A DNA stretch of 64,000 nt, from the NCBI GenBank assembly GCA_965644315.1, contig CBFFRQ010000198.1:1-64000 (forward strand), given 5' to 3'. The DNA is from Caecitellus pseudoparvulus. Its lineage: Eukaryota > Protista > Bigyra: Bicosoecida. Below, piece after piece: positions 61,177-64,000 of the stretch; position 1 is the first letter of the stretch; each line of letters starts with the position of its first letter. The notes beneath the pieces were generated by a model. The model saw only the letters and a program-made list of their open reading frames with translations, did not search any database and was not told the origin of the DNA. The position numbers and the translations under genes were made by a program.

Positions 61177-63644
61177 TCACCGGCCTCCGAAGTGTGAGGG
61201 GTCCTTTGTGGCCCCCCACACATCGTAGTTGGTGACAACGAACAGGGCCAAACCAGTGATGGCCAGCAGCGGTCCGTGAATGCACAGCAGGCGGAAGGCC
61301 ACGCGCAGCGGCAGCCATGGTGGCAACTCCGCCGCCGACCCGCCCTGCACACCTTCTTCCCCCTCCTCGCCATCTTCCATGTCCAAGAACAGGTCCAGCT
61401 CACTGGCAGGCAGTGGCTCCAGGGCTGCGCCAGAGGACGAGTCGCCCTCCTCCGCCCCTCCACCCGCCAGCTCCATCACTGCAGACATGGCGTCATCGTC
61501 ACCCCCCTCCGCGCCAGACCCAGCCGAGGTCACGGGCTGTGGCTTGAGCAGGGCGGCTTGGAGCCGTGCCAGGCGGCGCTTGCGTGCCAGGCGCTGCGCC
61601 ATCCAGTCCGCCACATCCGCCTTGCTCAGCTGCAGCAGCTGCCGGATGGCGGGGAAACGCAGGGCTTCGTACAGCAGCCCCATGCTGGCCAGCGTCGCAA
61701 TGGCGGCGATGATCAGGGTCATGTTGTTGGCTAGGGTGGTGTTGTCGGTCGACTTGGACAGGAGGATGCCGACGGCTGTGAAGCCCATGATGGTGCTGGC
61801 GGCCCACAGCGCCGCGGCCAGGGCGTACTTCCCGAAGAACCGCCAGCGCCACCCAGCCGCCATCATGCGCAGGTCACGGTAGGAAAAGTACAGCTGCAGG
61901 CCACTGAGGTCTTCAGGCGTGGAGCTGATGTCACCGTCGCCCTCCTCCGCGGCCACGGGGTCGACAGCGCCTTGGCCTTGCAGCAGCGCCTCGGCCAAGT
62001 CGCCGTCTTCCACCTCCTTGTCCTCCACGCCTTGCGCCTTGCGCAGGCGCTTGGCCAGCTCGACGACGCGCTTGTTCACGGAGCGGGTCAGCTTGTAGGG
62101 CATGACAATGAGCATGACGCCCAGCGCCACCACCCCCGGCACAAATGCCGTGATGCCCTTGATCACCCACAGCGTGCTGTCGTTTTGGGCATGCAGGTGG
62201 TTCTTCAGGTCCCCTGGCCCACCCACAAAGCCAGCAGCGTACAGGGCCATGAGGGGAATGGAACTGCCCATGGTGCCCACCACCATGCCTGGGATGGCTG
62301 TGAGGCTGGTGTACACGCTCTCACGCCGCTGGCCAGTCAGCACCTCATCTAGGTCCACGCAGTCAGACACCATGACGTTGGCGGTGAAGCCGAATATGCC
62401 AATTCCATACCCGAAGAAGAATGCGCTCACAAAGAACAGCACAGGGCTCTTGATCATATACGCGATGAAGGTAAGGGGTGTCCACAGCATGATGATGGCG
62501 CAGCCGCCCAACACGACAGTGCGCCGTTCAAAGCGCAGCATGAGCCACGTGGAGCTGAGAATGGACAGCAACTGTGCCACCATGAATACGATAACCACGA
62601 TCGACATGTATGCCGCACCATCCACTTCCAGTACGTAGTTCAGGGCGTACACAATCAGCGGCGTGATCTCATTCAGCAGGGAAGAGGCCAGCAACACCGC
62701 CATCATGCGCAGCCACTGTCCGTTCTCAGCACATGTACGCACGGCCGGGATGATGGCTTGGTGGCTGCGCCCAACGTACGCTGCGCTCTCCTTTACAAAC
62801 AGCCCCACGGCGATGTACGCCAGTGCCCCCGCCGCTCCGCTTGAGTATCCGATCCACTTGAACGCTTCGGCGTCCCCAAGGGCAGCTTGCAATGCACCAG
62901 ACAGCACAGCTGCAAGAACAGTCCCAAGAGCACCACAAATGCCAATGATAGCGAAGAGCAAAGAACGCCTGTTGGGGTCTTGCGTCAGCTCCACAGCCCA
63001 CGCGCTGTAAGGCACTGACACCACTTCCCCCAACCCATTCGTGATGATGAGAAACACAAACAACCATGTTTTGGCAGCAGCAACATCATGAGGTGGTGCC
63101 AGCAGCAGTCCACCCGCAACGGCCAGCAGCGGCCCTCCCAGCATCACCCACGGTCGCCTGAGCATGGATGATCGCGGATTCCGTGCGCGCTGGGAAGTTG
63201 ACCGGAAAGACTCACGCAGCAGCAAGCCTCACGCACCGGCGGCCTGAAATGCACAGAAAGCGGCTCATGTTGTCACTCAGGTACCCCACAGCTCCCTGAA
63301 TATACATCACAACAATACCTGCACGTTTTCAATGCTGGAAGTGCGCGCAAAGCTGGCTCATTGCGGTTGCCCTTGGTGGCAAATCTGGCAAGCAGCACCC
63401 CCCACAGCAGGCACTCACCGGCGAAAAAGCGGGCCAAAGCAATGTCAAAGAGGCTCACGCCGACCGTGTTTGCGTAGAAAACAGCGAGCAGCGTTCCGCT
63501 AACGTAGCCCATCAGGTCAGAAGGGATGGCGGGGGAGACGAAGGCCAGCATCCGCCAAAGGGGAAGCTTGGCAGCTGCCTCATCGTCGCCGACACTGCCA
63601 GGGGCACAGCAGCCGCAAAGGCTGCCTCCACGAGATCCACCCAT
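61177..63644 (-). CDS. MFS transporter, GPH/MelB-MFSD2-like family; exons 63644-63419, 63318-63237, 63157-61177
   Basis: Splicing two GT-AG introns yields GYLSDN...GRRRPW (motif A); also VPYSAWAVELT.DPNRRS and SDCVDLDEVLTGQRRES; 12 TM plus extra C-terminal hydrophobic helices. Confidence 0.85.
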
Positions 63645-64000
63645 GGTAACACAGGTTGAGGTCAAATGGAGCCACGTGGGAGGTTCAGAAATGTGTTGGT
63701 TTGCACCTTGTGATTTGGGATTTGCCTAACCCGCCCAGTGTCCGGCGCTGGATGCGAGTGCTGGAAGGGCGCTCAATTTCCGCAATTCAACCGATGTCCT
63801 GAACCACGCTGTGCAGCTTCATGCGGAGTCAGGGAGCGACAAGACGATGTCAGAATGCCCCACACACGGTTCAACATAGGGAATCAATCTATTTCACGCG
63901 ATTTTGTCTCAGATTTTTGCGTGACGAGGCGCGTGTTACTCTGCTGGTGCTGGCTCTTGTGTGTGGAGCCGGACTTGCCCGGCCAGGGGGCAGAGCAAAG

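Noticed and set aside
58844-61228. 794-aa plus-strand ORF
   Set aside because: Antisense to the clearly conserved importin-alpha-like gene.

Overview
The window has two sharply different parts. Bases 1 to about 20,750 are a very AT-rich (about 25-30% GC by eye), gene-dense, intron-free endogenous virophage (Lavidaviridae / Maveriviricetes type) integrated in a GC-rich (about 60-65%) protist chromosome. Bases 1-40 are the exact reverse complement of 20141-20180, so the window starts inside the left terminal inverted repeat (TIR). The element encodes an SF3/D5-like helicase, a protein-primed PolB, an A32-like packaging ATPase, an adenain/Ulp1-like protease, penton, major capsid protein (MCP), a fibre-like protein, a Tlr6F-like protein, PD-(D/E)xK and GIY-YIG nucleases, and an rve integrase with a chromodomain. 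Most viral genes have an AT-flanked TCTA motif upstream. Genes between about 5.4 and 12.2 kb carry many frameshifts, which could be read error or decay. The host part contains a multi-pass membrane gene, a decayed ankyrin-repeat gene, an importin-alpha-like gene with no visible IBB domain and a GPH/MFS transporter. It also contains a two-exon gene for a roughly 9,875-aa membrane protein with six SPRY domains, a probable beta-propeller, long helical regions and a C-terminal EF-hand pair followed by TM helices, reminiscent of but not orthologous to ryanodine receptors. All assignments come from reading motifs by eye; no searches were run.
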